Below, in pieces: positions 25,201-37,900 of a stretch of DNA of 64,000 bases. This stretch comes from Podarcis muralis (Eukaryota). The notes below the pieces were generated by a model that saw nothing but the letters and a program-made list of their open reading frames with translations, searched no databases and was not told the origin of the DNA. The translations under genes were made by a program, and so were the position numbers. The stretch spans positions 124,001-188,000 of the forward strand of contig NC_135658.1 of NCBI RefSeq assembly GCF_964188315.1, read 5' to 3'. Positions within the stretch are counted from its first letter, which is position 1. Each line of letters opens with the position of its first letter.

Positions 25201-28200
25201 AGCAGGGGCCCCTGCGGGGGAGCCGGGAGGGAGCAGCTGGGGGTCTCACCTGCGCTGAGCGCCTCTTCTCCTCCTCCTCCAGGGGAGCTGAGCCTTCGGA
25301 GGAGCTTGGACCGGGAGCAGCAGGCCAGCTACCAGCTCCAGGTGGTGGTTCAGGACGGGGGGACGCCACCCCGCAGCACCACGGGCACCGTCTACGTCAC
25401 TGTCCTGGATGAGAACGACAATGCGCCCACCTTCCTGCACGTGGCCGAGGGCCGCGAACTCCTCCTCCAGGTGGGCGAGGGATCCAGGGGGCAAGGAAGG
25501 AGCTCTTGGGGGCACTGGCAGTTCCTCAGAAAGGGCAGCGGGAAGGCCAGGGCCGAGGGGTAGGATCATGGAGCAGGGAGGTGGCATCACCCTCTGCGTG
25601 TCCAGGCAATGGCTGCCAACTCCAGCTCCCCCCCCCCTCTGCTGTACCCTCTCAGGTTCTGGAGGAGAAGCCGGCTGGGCTGCTGGTGGCTTCGCTGAGG
25701 GCCAAAGACCCGGACGAGGCAGAGAATGGCACTGTCTTCTACTCGCTGTCAGGTAAACAGGCCCCCCTGGGCTGGGCTCCTGGGAGGCCCCACACTGCCC
25801 AGAGGTTTCAGGCCCCCACTCCTTCTCCCGGAGGGTTTCCTGGGCCTCCCCTTGGCTGCCCCCCTCCCTCAGCGCTTCTCTCTCTGTCTCCCTGCAGGTG
25901 CCTGGGCAGAGCGCTTCTCCCTGCACGTGGCCACCGGGGAACTGCGGACAGCCACGCGGCTGCGCCAAGCAGACCGGGGCGAGTACGCTTTCACGGTGAC
26001 AGCAAGCGACCGAGGTGCTGCCCCCCAGAGCACAACAGCAGCCGTGCGCATCCAAGTAGGAGCCCTCTGTTGCCTCGGGCGTGGGGCTGGGCCTGCCCCA
26101 AATACCCCCAGGCCCCTTCCTAACCTCTCCCCTCCCTCTGCAGGTGGTGTCCACAGCCCGCCTGCTGCCCCGTCCCGACACTACGGTGCTGACCTTTCAC
26201 CCCACGGAGGGCCTGCAGCCGGGCTCTCTCATTGGCTGTGTGGCCCCCCCAGAGCCGCCTGCCCCCGGGCAAGTGACCTACATGCTGGTGGGGGGCAGCA
26301 GCGGGGACGGCCTCTTTGTGGTGGACCCAGGCACGGGGGACATCTACGTGGCCCAGGAGCTGGACTACGAAGCCGGGATGAAGCACAGCCTGCAAGTCAG
26401 CATGGAAGACGTCCTGCAGGGCTACCCCAGCCAGCGCCTGGTCTTGGTGGAGATCCACGTGCAGGACAGCAACGACCACGTCCCCACGTGGCCCCAGGAC
26501 CCCCTCACTGTGGTGGTGTCTGAGGGGGCCACCCCTGGCACCTCCCTCTTCACCTTCCAGGCCCTGGACGGGGACGGCCCGGGGCCCAACAGCCAGCTGC
26601 GCTACAGCCTCTTGCGCCAGGAGGCCCCCCCGGCCCCCTTCCAGCTGGATGCGCGCAGCGGGGAGCTGAGCCTGCAGGGGGCGCTGGACCGCGAGACTCA
26701 GTCGACCTACCTGCTGGTGGTCCAGGCCACGGACCAGGCGCTCAACGCCAGCCAGCGCCACTCGGCGGCCGTCACTGCCCACATCTTCGTCACGGACGAG
26801 AACGACAACGGGCCTGAGTTCTGCTCCCCCTTGAGAATTGACATCCCTGAGGACCAGCCCCCGGGCTTCCTGGTGCTCCAGGTGGTGGCCAGGGATCGGG
26901 ACCTGGGTGAGAACGGGAGGGTCAGCTATGCGCTGCGCGCAGGCAACCTGGACGGGCGATTCCACCTCAACCCCAACACAGGTAAGGCGGAGGGAGGTCC
27001 CAGGCCGCCATGCAGGGATTTGTAGTCTGTGTATGCAGGATCTCACCATGCATTCCCAGGAGTTGGGAAAGAGCACTGCATCGGGATGTAAGGGATGTCC
27101 TTCAGTTATATGAGCAGTCCTCCCCCCACCAGATTTTTCTGCAGGTGAGGCGAGCCTGTGTTCTCCCCCCCCCCCTTTTGCACGCCCTGCTATTTTGGCT
27201 GTGCGCTCTGCTGATTGGCTGGAGGCGGCAGCAGTCCCTCCTCCCTGTCCTGTGGGGCCGCCTTGCAATACGCCACCAATGAATGGTCTGTCTGTCTTTC
27301 CGAGATGCGGCCTGTGCACAGTCCCCCCCCCCCCGCCCCTAGGCATGTGCAAGGGACCTGGTAGGTCACCAGGAGCAAAAGCACAAGTCTGGGAAAGAAA
27401 GATAAAACAAATCACCCCACACCTGAGGTCTAAGACCCTCTAGTGCAGGGGTCGGCAACCTGAGGCCCGGGGGCCGGGAGTCCGCGTGTTTTTACATGGG
27501 TAGAATGTGTGCTTTTATTTAAAATGCATCTCTGGGTTATCTGGGGCATAGGAATTCGTTCATTTCCCCCAAAAAAATATAGTCCGGCCCCCCACATGGT
27601 CTGGGGGACAGTGGACCGGCTCACGGCTGAAAAAGGTTGCTGTCCCCTGCTCTAGTGTGAGATGGGTGGTTGGGGAGAGCCCTTCTGAAGTCCTGTGTTG
27701 TAATACCTCCCCAGGAGCAGAAGTCTGAGACTCTGCACCTTGTGCTTGGCCGGGGGGGGGGGGGCTAGCCCTTTGGGGCAACAGCTCCTTCTGAGGGTTC
27801 TGGCAGAAAACAGAGGGGGAAATTCCATCTTTTGGTTGTTCTAAAATGCTACTGACATCCTTCTGAGGTTTACCTTTTCAGTGATTGTTGACAAGGATTT
27901 CTGGATAACAACTGCTTTATTCTCTTGCTTCTCTGAACTGGACTTTTGCAGAATAATGCTTTTTTACATAAAAAGATGAAACTCCTCCTTGCGCTGCTTG
28001 CAGTGGAGAAATACATTTCCAGCTGGAGTAACACTGGCCAGAAATCTGAGAGCAGAGTCTTGCTCCAGCCCATGACAATGAGTTCTGAGTTGATTCCCAG
28101 AACTATGAGATCCCTGCAACCCCTTTTGCCTTCATGCCCCATCCCCTTCTCAAATGCTGGCCTCCTGCTCTTCTCCCAGGCGCACTATCCATCGTGAGGA

Positions 28201-31200
28201 CGCTGGACCGGGAGGAAGTGTCCCAGCATAACTTGACAGTGGTAGCCACGGACCACGGGTTGCCACGGCGCTCTGCCACGCAACTCCTGCTTGTGCATGT
28301 GCTGGATGTGAACGACCAGGCGCCTGCCTTTGAGAGAAACAGCTACGAAGCCAGTGTGGCAGAAAACCTGCCCCCTGGTGTCCCCGTGCTGCAGCTGCAC
28401 GCCACCGACCCTGACCTGGGTAAGAGCCTGACCCTCGGCCTGTGGTCATTTGCAGAGTCATCCACCCAGAAGTGGAAGGGACGGGGAGGAGTGTCTGGCC
28501 AGACAATGGGGTCACCCAGAGAGCACAAGCCCCCTTTCCATGGGGGCTCATTGTGTCCTCCTTGGGCCCGGCACTGTGCATATTGTGCCAAAGGCCACCC
28601 GCTGTCTTTGAAACTGGAGACCTCTGAACTCATGGGCATCAGTGGGTGGAGAAGCTCTGCCAGCCTGGGCTGAGGGCACCGGGGTGGGCCAGGGGAGGAG
28701 AGGCTGGACTTGGCTCATGGAGACTCTTGGCCAGCTGGTCAGGACATCTCTGCCTAACCTCCCTCACAAGAGGGTGGCTAGAATGAAATGGTGATAATCC
28801 TTGGAGCCAAAGGAGGGTGCAAATGCAAGCGAGACCTCGGAGGAAGCAGACCTTAGCCAAGATGGCTTCAGCCCAGCAGATCAACCCGACTAAATGGCCA
28901 GAATGCCCAGTGGGTGGCAAGAGCACCATTTGGTGTTGGGTTGGCCACCACTCTGTGCAAGCGCAGGTGCCCCTGGCCCAGCTGGCGCCTGCCTTTGGCT
29001 GCCTGCTGCAGCACCTCCTCTTGCGCCAGCCCTGCCCACTCCCCAGCTTCAGGGCAGCAGCAGCAGCTCCCATGCGGCAGAGACGTCCTCTGCTCCTTGG
29101 TACCAAGGGGGCGTCTGTGGCTGGACCAGGAAGCTCCCCGTTTCCATGTCTGGCTGGTCTTGAAAGGCTTCTGAAGCCCAGTTTGAACATGCCAGCCTCT
29201 GGCAGCTGCCACAGCTGGGCCCCCAGTCCCTGCCCTGCTAACACTCTGGCTTTGCCGGGGGGGGGGGTCAGCCGAGTGTGGTTGGGAGGGTGTGGAAGAG
29301 GGGCCTTTGCGCCTGTGGGGCTGCGCTTGTGAGGAGGTCGATGTGGGGGAAGAGTAGGGCCCATGCTCAGTCTCCCTTGCATATCTTGCCAGGATCCAAT
29401 GGGCAGGTGTCCTACGGCGGCATCTCTGGGGACGAATTTTCCATCGACCCCCACACGGGTCTGATCAGCACCCGGCGCTCCCTGGACCATGAGGAGCGTG
29501 CAGAGCACTTGCTGACAGGTAAGTTGGGGGAGGGGGGAGGAGAGGGGGGTCCTCGGCGGGGGGGGGGGCTCTTCTGAGGCCCACAGGCTGGCGGCTCCTT
29601 CTATTTCCAAGGCAGACTTGGGCACCTTCTGCCTCAGAGAGCACACAAGGACAGGCCAGCCCCGGATGCAGCATTTGGGCAAAGGGGCATTTCTTGGTAC
29701 TCTTGTAGTGGGACCTGCCCAGGTTCCTTTCAAGTGTTTTAAAATCTGAGTCAGTTTTTTAAAGTGTTGATTAAATTTGTATCCCACTACAAACTGACAT
29801 CAATTGGCATTGTATGGAATTTGTCCTTTAGTCTGCTCTGCTTGTTTTTGCTGCCTCTGTGTGTTTCTGCTCTGCTGTCCTAATCTGCACCTGGCAAATA
29901 GAAGGAGCTGAAGGGGCTCCCAGAAGCCCTTTCAATGCGCACAGAGGGCCAGGTTTAGCTGCTGTGCCCCTCCCGGTGCCGGGCAGCCTCCTTGCTTCCC
30001 ATGCCCCCCCCCCAGGAGACTTCCCCCTGCTGTCTCTATGGCTCACAGCCTGCTCCCCCTCCCCACAGTGTATGCACGGGACAAGGGGCTGCCCCCTCGC
30101 CAGGCCAAGGCCACGGTTCGCATCCTGGTGGCAGATGACAACGACCACGCGCCCACCTTCCAGGCGGAGGCCTCCTCCCTGGAGGTCCCAGAGAACCAGA
30201 GCCAGGTGGAGCTGACCACCCTGCGGGCCACGGATCACGATGCAGGGGAGAACGGGCGCCTCACCTACCGCCTGGCAGGTGAGGGAGGGAGGGAGGGAGG
30301 GAGACACCCTGCTTGGGGTGATGCAGTGCCAAGGCAGGGGAGGGCTTCCCACCCCTCCAGGGGGAAGGGGCTCCTTCTCCTGGTCCCCCTTCATTTCAGA
30401 GTGGGTCCATGCAGCCTCCATTTCCCACTTTGGAGCCGTATTAAGCCTTGGAGATTTTATTTATTTATTCATTACATTGAAATTTATACATTGTTCAGTT
30501 GTGGGGAAACAACCTCAAAGTAGTTTACAAAAAGATGAAAGAAGAAAATCAAGAAAAATTTGCAGCAATGCTTTAAAGCCTACAAAAAGTTAAAGCACTA
30601 AGGCGGATAAAATGTCAGCAGGAATTTAGGGAGGCTGCCTGTTTGATACCAGCAGGCAAGGAGTTCCAGACTAAGTCCTTTTAAATGCAGAAAGGGAATT
30701 ATGGGATGCCTGTAGTGGCAATTCCATGAAGTGGGTAAGGCAATCTTCAGGCAGGGGAGGATTGACACATGGGCAGCTGAGAAACCAGCATTAGGGGTAG
30801 TTTGGGCAGTCATGTGCCAGTCCAGGAAAGCTTCACCCTCCTCCTCCTCCTCCTGCTCCTCCCTTCAGCTGGAGACTCTGAGGAAGACTTCGCCTTGAAC
30901 CCCGTCTCCGGCCAGCTGTCCACAGCACGAGGCCTGGACCGGGAGCGTGTGGCCAGCTATGCCCTGACCGTCCAGGCCTGTGACCACGGCTCCCCCCCAC
31001 GCTGCGCCAGCCTGGCGCTCCACGTGCAAGTGCTGGATCTGAACGACAACGCCCCTCACTTTGCCCAGGAAAGCTACGTGGCCGAGGTGCCGGAGGACTT
31101 GCCCGTGGGGGCGCTGGTGCTGCAGCTGGAGGCCCAGGACCCGGACGAGGGGCCCAATGGACGCGTCTCCTACTTCCTGGCCAACGAGTCGCTGGGCACC

Positions 31201-31928
31201 TTCCAGGTGGAGCCTCAGACAGGCCGCCTCACCACCACGCAGCCGCTGGACAGGGAGCACCGGGACTCCTACCGCTTTGTGGCCGTGGCCGTGGACTCGT
31301 CCCCGCTGAGCCCCCGCAGTGCTTCCGTGCAGGTCACGGTCAGCGTCCAGGACGTCAACGACCACATCCCGGCCTTTCCGCTCAGCCCACTTTCTGTCAC
31401 GCTGCCCCGCAACACGCCCGCCAAGCGGGTGGTGGCCACGCTGCGGGCTGAGGACCACGACGCGGGCGCCAACGCCTCCCTCCTCTACCGCCTGGCCGCC
31501 CCCAGCCCCTCCTTTGCCATCAACACCTACACAGGCGCCATCCAGCTGCTGCAGCCCCTGGGCACCCTCACCCAGCGCCAGCGCACCGTCTTCGTCCTGG
31601 CCAGCGACCTGGGGGAGCCCCCGCTCTCCTCCATCGGAGTGGTGGTCATCCACCTGCAAGACGAGGGCTTCCGGGGGGTCCGCTTCCCCCGCAGCACCAG
31701 CGACGTGACGCTGCCAGAGAACGCCGCGACAGGTATGGGCAGGGGGTGGCTCTGGCTGGCTAGTCTGGAGCGGAAGGGGAGGGGGCTGCCTTGTCTGTCC
31801 CCAGCCCATAAGTGGGAGCACCAGGGCCACTGCGTGTTGTGTGCCAGAGGATTTTAAGACGGGAGCATAAGAAACCTCAGAGTCTGGCATCCTGTTGCAC
31901 ACCACCCTCGGATCTTTTGATAAAGGGT

Positions 31929-31979
<51 letters not shown>

Positions 31980-34900
31980 GAAACCCTCGAGCAGGTCCAG
32001 AGCACAAGAGGTGGGCACAGGCATCCTGGCTAGGGGCTCTCGGGAGCCCCCCTCCCCCTCCATGGATTTGCCTAAACCTCTTTCACGGCCATCCGAGTTG
32101 GTGGCCATCCCTGCCTCTTGTGGGAGGGAGTTCCGTGGTTTGACTCTGTGCTGCATGAAGAAGTGCTTGCTGGTATCTGTCCTGAATCTTCCACTGACAA
32201 CAAAGCAGGTTTCCTTCTGGAAGTGGATGTTCTTTTTCTAAAGGCCTGCCCCCCCCCCCCGGCTGCCTCCCCCTCCAGGCACCACCGTGCTGAGCACCCC
32301 AGCCGCCCACACAGCCGGCTCCTCAGGCCGCATCACCTACAGCATCGTCAGCGGCAATGAGAAGGGCGCTTTCCGCATCCAGCCCAGCTCAGGTACGAAG
32401 GGGCCCTCGGGGGCAAGGCCAGGCCGGCCCCCTGGGGCGCGAGGAGAGGCCTTCCTTGGGCCACGTTGTTCTCAGGCGGCTTCATCTCTGGGTCAAAAGG
32501 CCCCCTTGGAAGCCTGCTCTGTCCTGGAGGAGGTGAGAACCGAAGGCTTTGTGGGGGCCGCCTCCCTCCCTCCTGGCTCCCCTTCTCCTCCACCCTGTGC
32601 TTGGATGTGGTCCTGCTCCAGGGTGACACTTCCATGGAGCGAGGGCCTCTCCCCCCTGGATCTAGCCCTCTGGGTCCAGCTGTTCTCGCTGCCCTTGCCA
32701 GACGCAGAGCGCAGGCCTCCATGGCAAAGGAGGGCCCCCCATGCCAACCAAAGCAGCCCCCAAGTTGCCTTCAAGGGAGAGGGTGGCCCCCACCGCACGG
32801 CTTCCCCGGGGACCCTCCCTGCATGGATGGAGTGTGGCGCAGGCGGCCGATCTCCCCCCTTCTGCCCCTGCAGGCCTGGTGTCGGTGCAGAATCCCCGCA
32901 GCCTGGACTTTGAGCTGAGCCCGCGCTTGCGCCTTGTGCTGCAGGCAGAGTCAGCCTCCTCCTTCGGCTTCATGGCTGTCAACGTCAACCTGCAGGACGT
33001 CAACGACAACCGGCCGCGCTTCCGGCTGCCCAACTACGTGGCCTTCATCTGGGAGGCCCAGGGCTACGACTCCCCCGTCATCCAGGTGGGAGGGGTCCTC
33101 TGGCTGGCGGGCTCCTCGGCGGGGCTCCAGGCGAGCCTCAGGAGCAGCACCGGGGGGGGGGGGAGTCCTGGGGGGCTGGGGGCACGTAGGCCAGATCCCC
33201 AGGACTCTCCCCGTCTTCTCACGGCAGGTTGTGGCAGATGACTTGGACCAGGGTCCCAACGGGCAGGTGACGTACACCATCAACCAGACGCTGCCCATGA
33301 ACGGGCTCTATCGCATCAACAGCCAGACGGGCGCCATCACGACCGCGGCCATTCTGGACAGGGAGATTTGGGCCCAGACCCGGTGAGTCCGCCCTTCGGC
33401 CTCCCTGCTCCCAGCCGTGGAGCGACTCTGGCCACAAGCCTCGCCAGGAGCCTGTGGGGAGACATTTATCCTCTCTGAGGCTCTGTGCTGATGTTGGGAA
33501 GAGGGAGAGAGGCGGTGTTTAAATTGTGTAATTGTTTTTGATTGTTTCTACTGTGCAGTGAATCTCTCTTGGATTCCTGGCAGGAAGCAACTCAGAACTG
33601 AACTGAATCGTGGAGAGGCAGCCAGTCCAGAAAGGGCAGGGACAGATCTACTGTGCAACTAAGGAAGCTTCGGCTTCAGGCCCTGAATCCCAGAGGGATC
33701 CCAGAAGCAACTTTGGTCCACGTTGCTTAAAAATTGTGGGTCTAGTAGACCCAATCTGAGCTGCATGGATTTGAGTCTAAGTTGTAGATATTTCAACAAC
33801 ACCAAAGTCCGAGAGTCAGGAGCACAGATCTTGTAAAGGTGTCCGTTCTGTCACCGAAGAAGAGAACGGGGCTCGCCCAGACCTCGTTGCTGGTGGCCAA
33901 GGGGCCCCCTGACACTTCAGGCTCCAGGTCTGTGACTGGGCCAGGCCAGTTCCCTCTTCTGCCCCTGCCATGCGCTCCCTGGAATAGCAGGGGTGCCTGT
34001 GGGGGCCTCCTGAAGGCTGCCAGTCCACAGGATGCCAAAGGGGAAGGGGCACCCTGTGGCACCCAGCGGGCCTCTCCTTGGCCCTGGCCCCCAGGCCCCA
34101 GGCAGATGCCAGCTGTGCCCCCTTGTCCCTGAGACGCTCCTGCTTCCCTCCGCCCACAGCCTGGTGCTGACCGCTACAGACCGAGGGAACCCTCCTCTGG
34201 TGGGCTCTGCCACCCTCACAGTGCTGGTGATGGATGTGAACGACAACAGCCCCACCATCCCTGCCCCCTGGGAGGTGCGGGTGCCTGAGAGTGAGTAGAT
34301 GGAACAGGGCTCACGAAGCCCCCCTTGGTTGGCTGGGGGGGAGGGGCGCTGTGGGAAAGCGGGGCTCTCTCTTGCCAAACCTGAAGCACCTCTGAGCAAG
34401 TGCAGAGCTTCTTTCTCTTAGTGCTGGCACCGAGCCCTCCGTTGAGATGGGGAGGAGAAGCCATGCCCCCTGGGCAACCCTAAACAGCTTTGCATGGCCT
34501 TTGCCCCCGGCAGGCCCAGCTCTGACCCCCTCCCCCCCCACTCCACAGACGCCCTGCTGGGCACCGAGATCACCATGGTGACGGGCAACGACGTGGACTG
34601 CGGGCCGCAGCTCTCCTACATGCTGGTGTTGGACAGTGGCACCGCTGGCACCTTCAGCATCCTGCGCTACGGCGGCCGCATCACTCTGCTGGGGCCGCTG
34701 GACTATGAGCAGCGCAGCCGCTATGCACTGACGGTGCGCGCCTCAGACTCTCAGCACGAGACGGAGGCCAACGTTACGGTGCTGGTGGAAGACGTCAACG
34801 ACAACCCGCCCGTCTTCTCCCAGGCCCTGTATCAGGTGCGCAGCCTTTGCCCTCGGGCGTCTCCCCTCAGGGCCGCACGTCCTTCGCCAGGCAGGGCCGA

Positions 34901-37900
34901 ACCCGTCAGAAGGCCATGCACAAAGCGATCTGCGTAGGGGAGCTCTGCAGCAGTTCCACACAAATGCTGTGTGGGAAAGTGCAGGAAAGTGGCCCAGAGC
35001 CAGGATTCAGAGGGCAGGGCAGCGAGAGCACCTTCGATTGCAAACCTCGATGCAAATTGCTGTGTTGCTGCTTTAGTTTAAGCATCACTTGTGCCAAATA
35101 TGAAAAAGTGTCCGGGTGTGAGTTGCCCCCTTCAGCTCAACATGGCTCAGTCACGTGCCGGAGAGACCACGCCTCCCCCCCCCGGACCCCCTCCTCATTG
35201 CCCTCATTCTGCTCTGCTCCCCCTTTGGCTCCTCACAGGGGCACCCATGGGTAGGGGGCAGCTCATGCCAACAGGTTTCCCCCACAACCTTGGAGGGCAA
35301 ATAAATGCCCAGGAATGACAGGTAACCCTCTGTGTCCTCCCAGGTTGTACTGCCAGAACACACCCGAGCCGGCAGCCCCATCCTGACCCTCAGCGCCACA
35401 GACCTGGACTCTGGCGCCAACGGGGAGATCACCTACCAGCTGGCCAGGCCAAGCCACTTGGTCTCCATCCACCAGACCAAGGGTATGAAGGCAGCCGTGG
35501 GAGGAGGCTGTATCCACGGAAAGGCCCCTGTGAGATGCGTTGGAGGGGCAGGGGCAGTTCTGGGAGGGACGGGACTTTGGCTGAGCTCCTCCTCCTCCTC
35601 TTCTTTGTTCTCTGTGATGTTCTCCCTCCGCTTTCTCTCCTTCCTCCTCTTTCTCTTCCTTCTCCTCCTCTTCCTCCTCCTATTCCTGCTCACTGCCCTT
35701 TCTCTGCCTTCCCAGGGACCATGTTCACCACGCAGCTCCTGGTGCTGGATCCGGGGCGCTCCACACTGGACATCCTAGTGGAGGCCCGCGACCGGGGCAC
35801 GCCCAGCCTTTCGGCCTGGACCACGGTGCAGATCCAAGTGCTGGACGTGAACGACCACGGGCCTCAGTTCCTGAAGCCGCACTACAACGCCTGCGTGTCG
35901 GAGGACCTGCACCCGGGGACCACCCTGCTGACCCTGGAAGCCACAGATGCCGACGTGACGCGGGAGAACGCGGCCCTCGACTACACCATTGTCAGCGGGA
36001 ACAGCGGCCACGCCTTCCAGCTAGAGGGCCGTTCCGGGGGCGCCAGTGCCCTGGTGCTGGTGGAGCCCCTCGACTTTGAGGCCGTGGCCATCTACAACCT
36101 GACGGTGGCCGTGTCAGACCGGGGAGTGCCTCAGCACAGCGCCGTGGTGCCCGTGCTGCTCACTGTGCTGGACGTCAACGACAACCCCCCGGTGTTTGGA
36201 CGCTCTGCCTACCATGTGGCCGTGAGCGAGGGCACCGTGCCCGGGGCAGAGCTGCTGCGCGTGGCAGCCCAGGACCCTGACTCGGGGGCCCACGGCCAGG
36301 TCCACTACAGCATCAGCTCCGGGGACCCCGGCGGGCTCTTCCAGCTGCACCCATCCACAGGGGCACTGCGCCTGGCAAAGGCGCTGGACTGCGAGGCCCA
36401 GGCCCTGCACACCCTGGTGGTGCGGGCCTCGGACGGAGCAGGCGGCCACTTTGCCCTGGCGTCCGTCACCGTGGAGGTGAAGGACGTCAATGACAACCTC
36501 CCCTACTTCCCCCTGGAGGTGCTGAGCTGCAGCCTGCGGGAGAACCTGCCGCCAGGGAGCCTGGTCACCACGGTGCGGGCCGTGGACCTGGACGTGGGAG
36601 CCTTTGGGGAGCTGCGCTACGCCCTCCTGCCAACCGAGGGCGGGGAGGCCTTCGCCATCAACAGCAGCTCTGGGGAGCTGCATGCGCTGCAGCCCTTTGA
36701 CTTTGAGCGCACAAAGGCCGTCCAGCTGCGGGTGCAGGCCACGGATGTTGGCAACACATCGGCCACGGCCACCGTACGTGTTCTGGTGACCGGGGAGGAC
36801 GAGTATGACCCTGTGTTCCTCAGCCCAGCCTTCAGCTTCGAGGTCCCCGAGGGTGCCCAGCGGGGGCAGAGCATTGGGTCCGTGGTGGCCACGGACGAGG
36901 ACGAAGGCCCTGACGGAGTGGTGCTCTACACGCTGCTCAAGCCGTCTCCCTTCTTCGGGATCAACCAAACCAGTGGCGCCATCTACCTGCGCGTGGACAG
37001 CCAGGCGCCCTCGGGGGGGCCTCCCAAGCAAGAGCCCCGGGAAATGGTGCTGGAGGTGCAGGCCCACAGCCCCTTGCCCGCCTCGCGCTCGGCCTCCGCC
37101 CAGGTCACCGTGGACGTGACGCACACCTCCTTCGGCCTGGTGCCCGACCTCAACCTGCTCCTGGTGGTCGCCGTGGCCGCCTCCCTGGGCGTGGTGGTGG
37201 TGCTGGCCACCGTGGCCATTGTGCTGGCCCTGGTCCGCTCGCGGCAGAGCCGGGGCCCCAAGGAGGTGGATCTGGCCCATGTGCAGAGTGGCTCCTTGCA
37301 GAAGCTGGGCCACGGCGAGCCGACTCTGCCCAGCGGAGACTGCCTCTACCACGAGGCACTGCCCGGCTATGGCACGGAACCGGCCGGCCCCTACACCCGG
37401 GGTGGGTCTCTGGACCCTTCCCACTCCAGTGGGCGAGGGTCCGCCGAGGCGGCCGAGGACGACGAAATCCGCATGATCAACGAGTGTCCCCGCATGTCCA
37501 GCGTCACCTCCTCCCTGCAGGAGCACCTGGTGGCTCGTGGGCCCGACTCGGGCATCCAGACGGACGCAGACCGCCTCTCGGACGTCTCCTGCGAGCCCGC
37601 CACCCTGGATGCGGCTCACTGGTTCAAGAACCGGAAGGGGCCTGGGGGCCTGCTGCTTCCCGGCCAGCCCCCCCAGCTCTACCGGGATGACGGGGGCAGC
37701 AGCGGCCCCTACCTGGGGGCCGGCTGTGGGCTCAGCGTCTCCTCCGCCCCCAAAGACTACTCTTTTCCGGAGGACGGGAAGCCGTGCGTGGACGGCTCCC
37801 TGACGGCCATTGTGGCCAGCGATGAGGAGCTTCGCGGCAGCTACAACTGGGACTACCTCCTCAACTGGTGCCCCCAGTTCCAGCCCCTGGCCAGCGTCTT

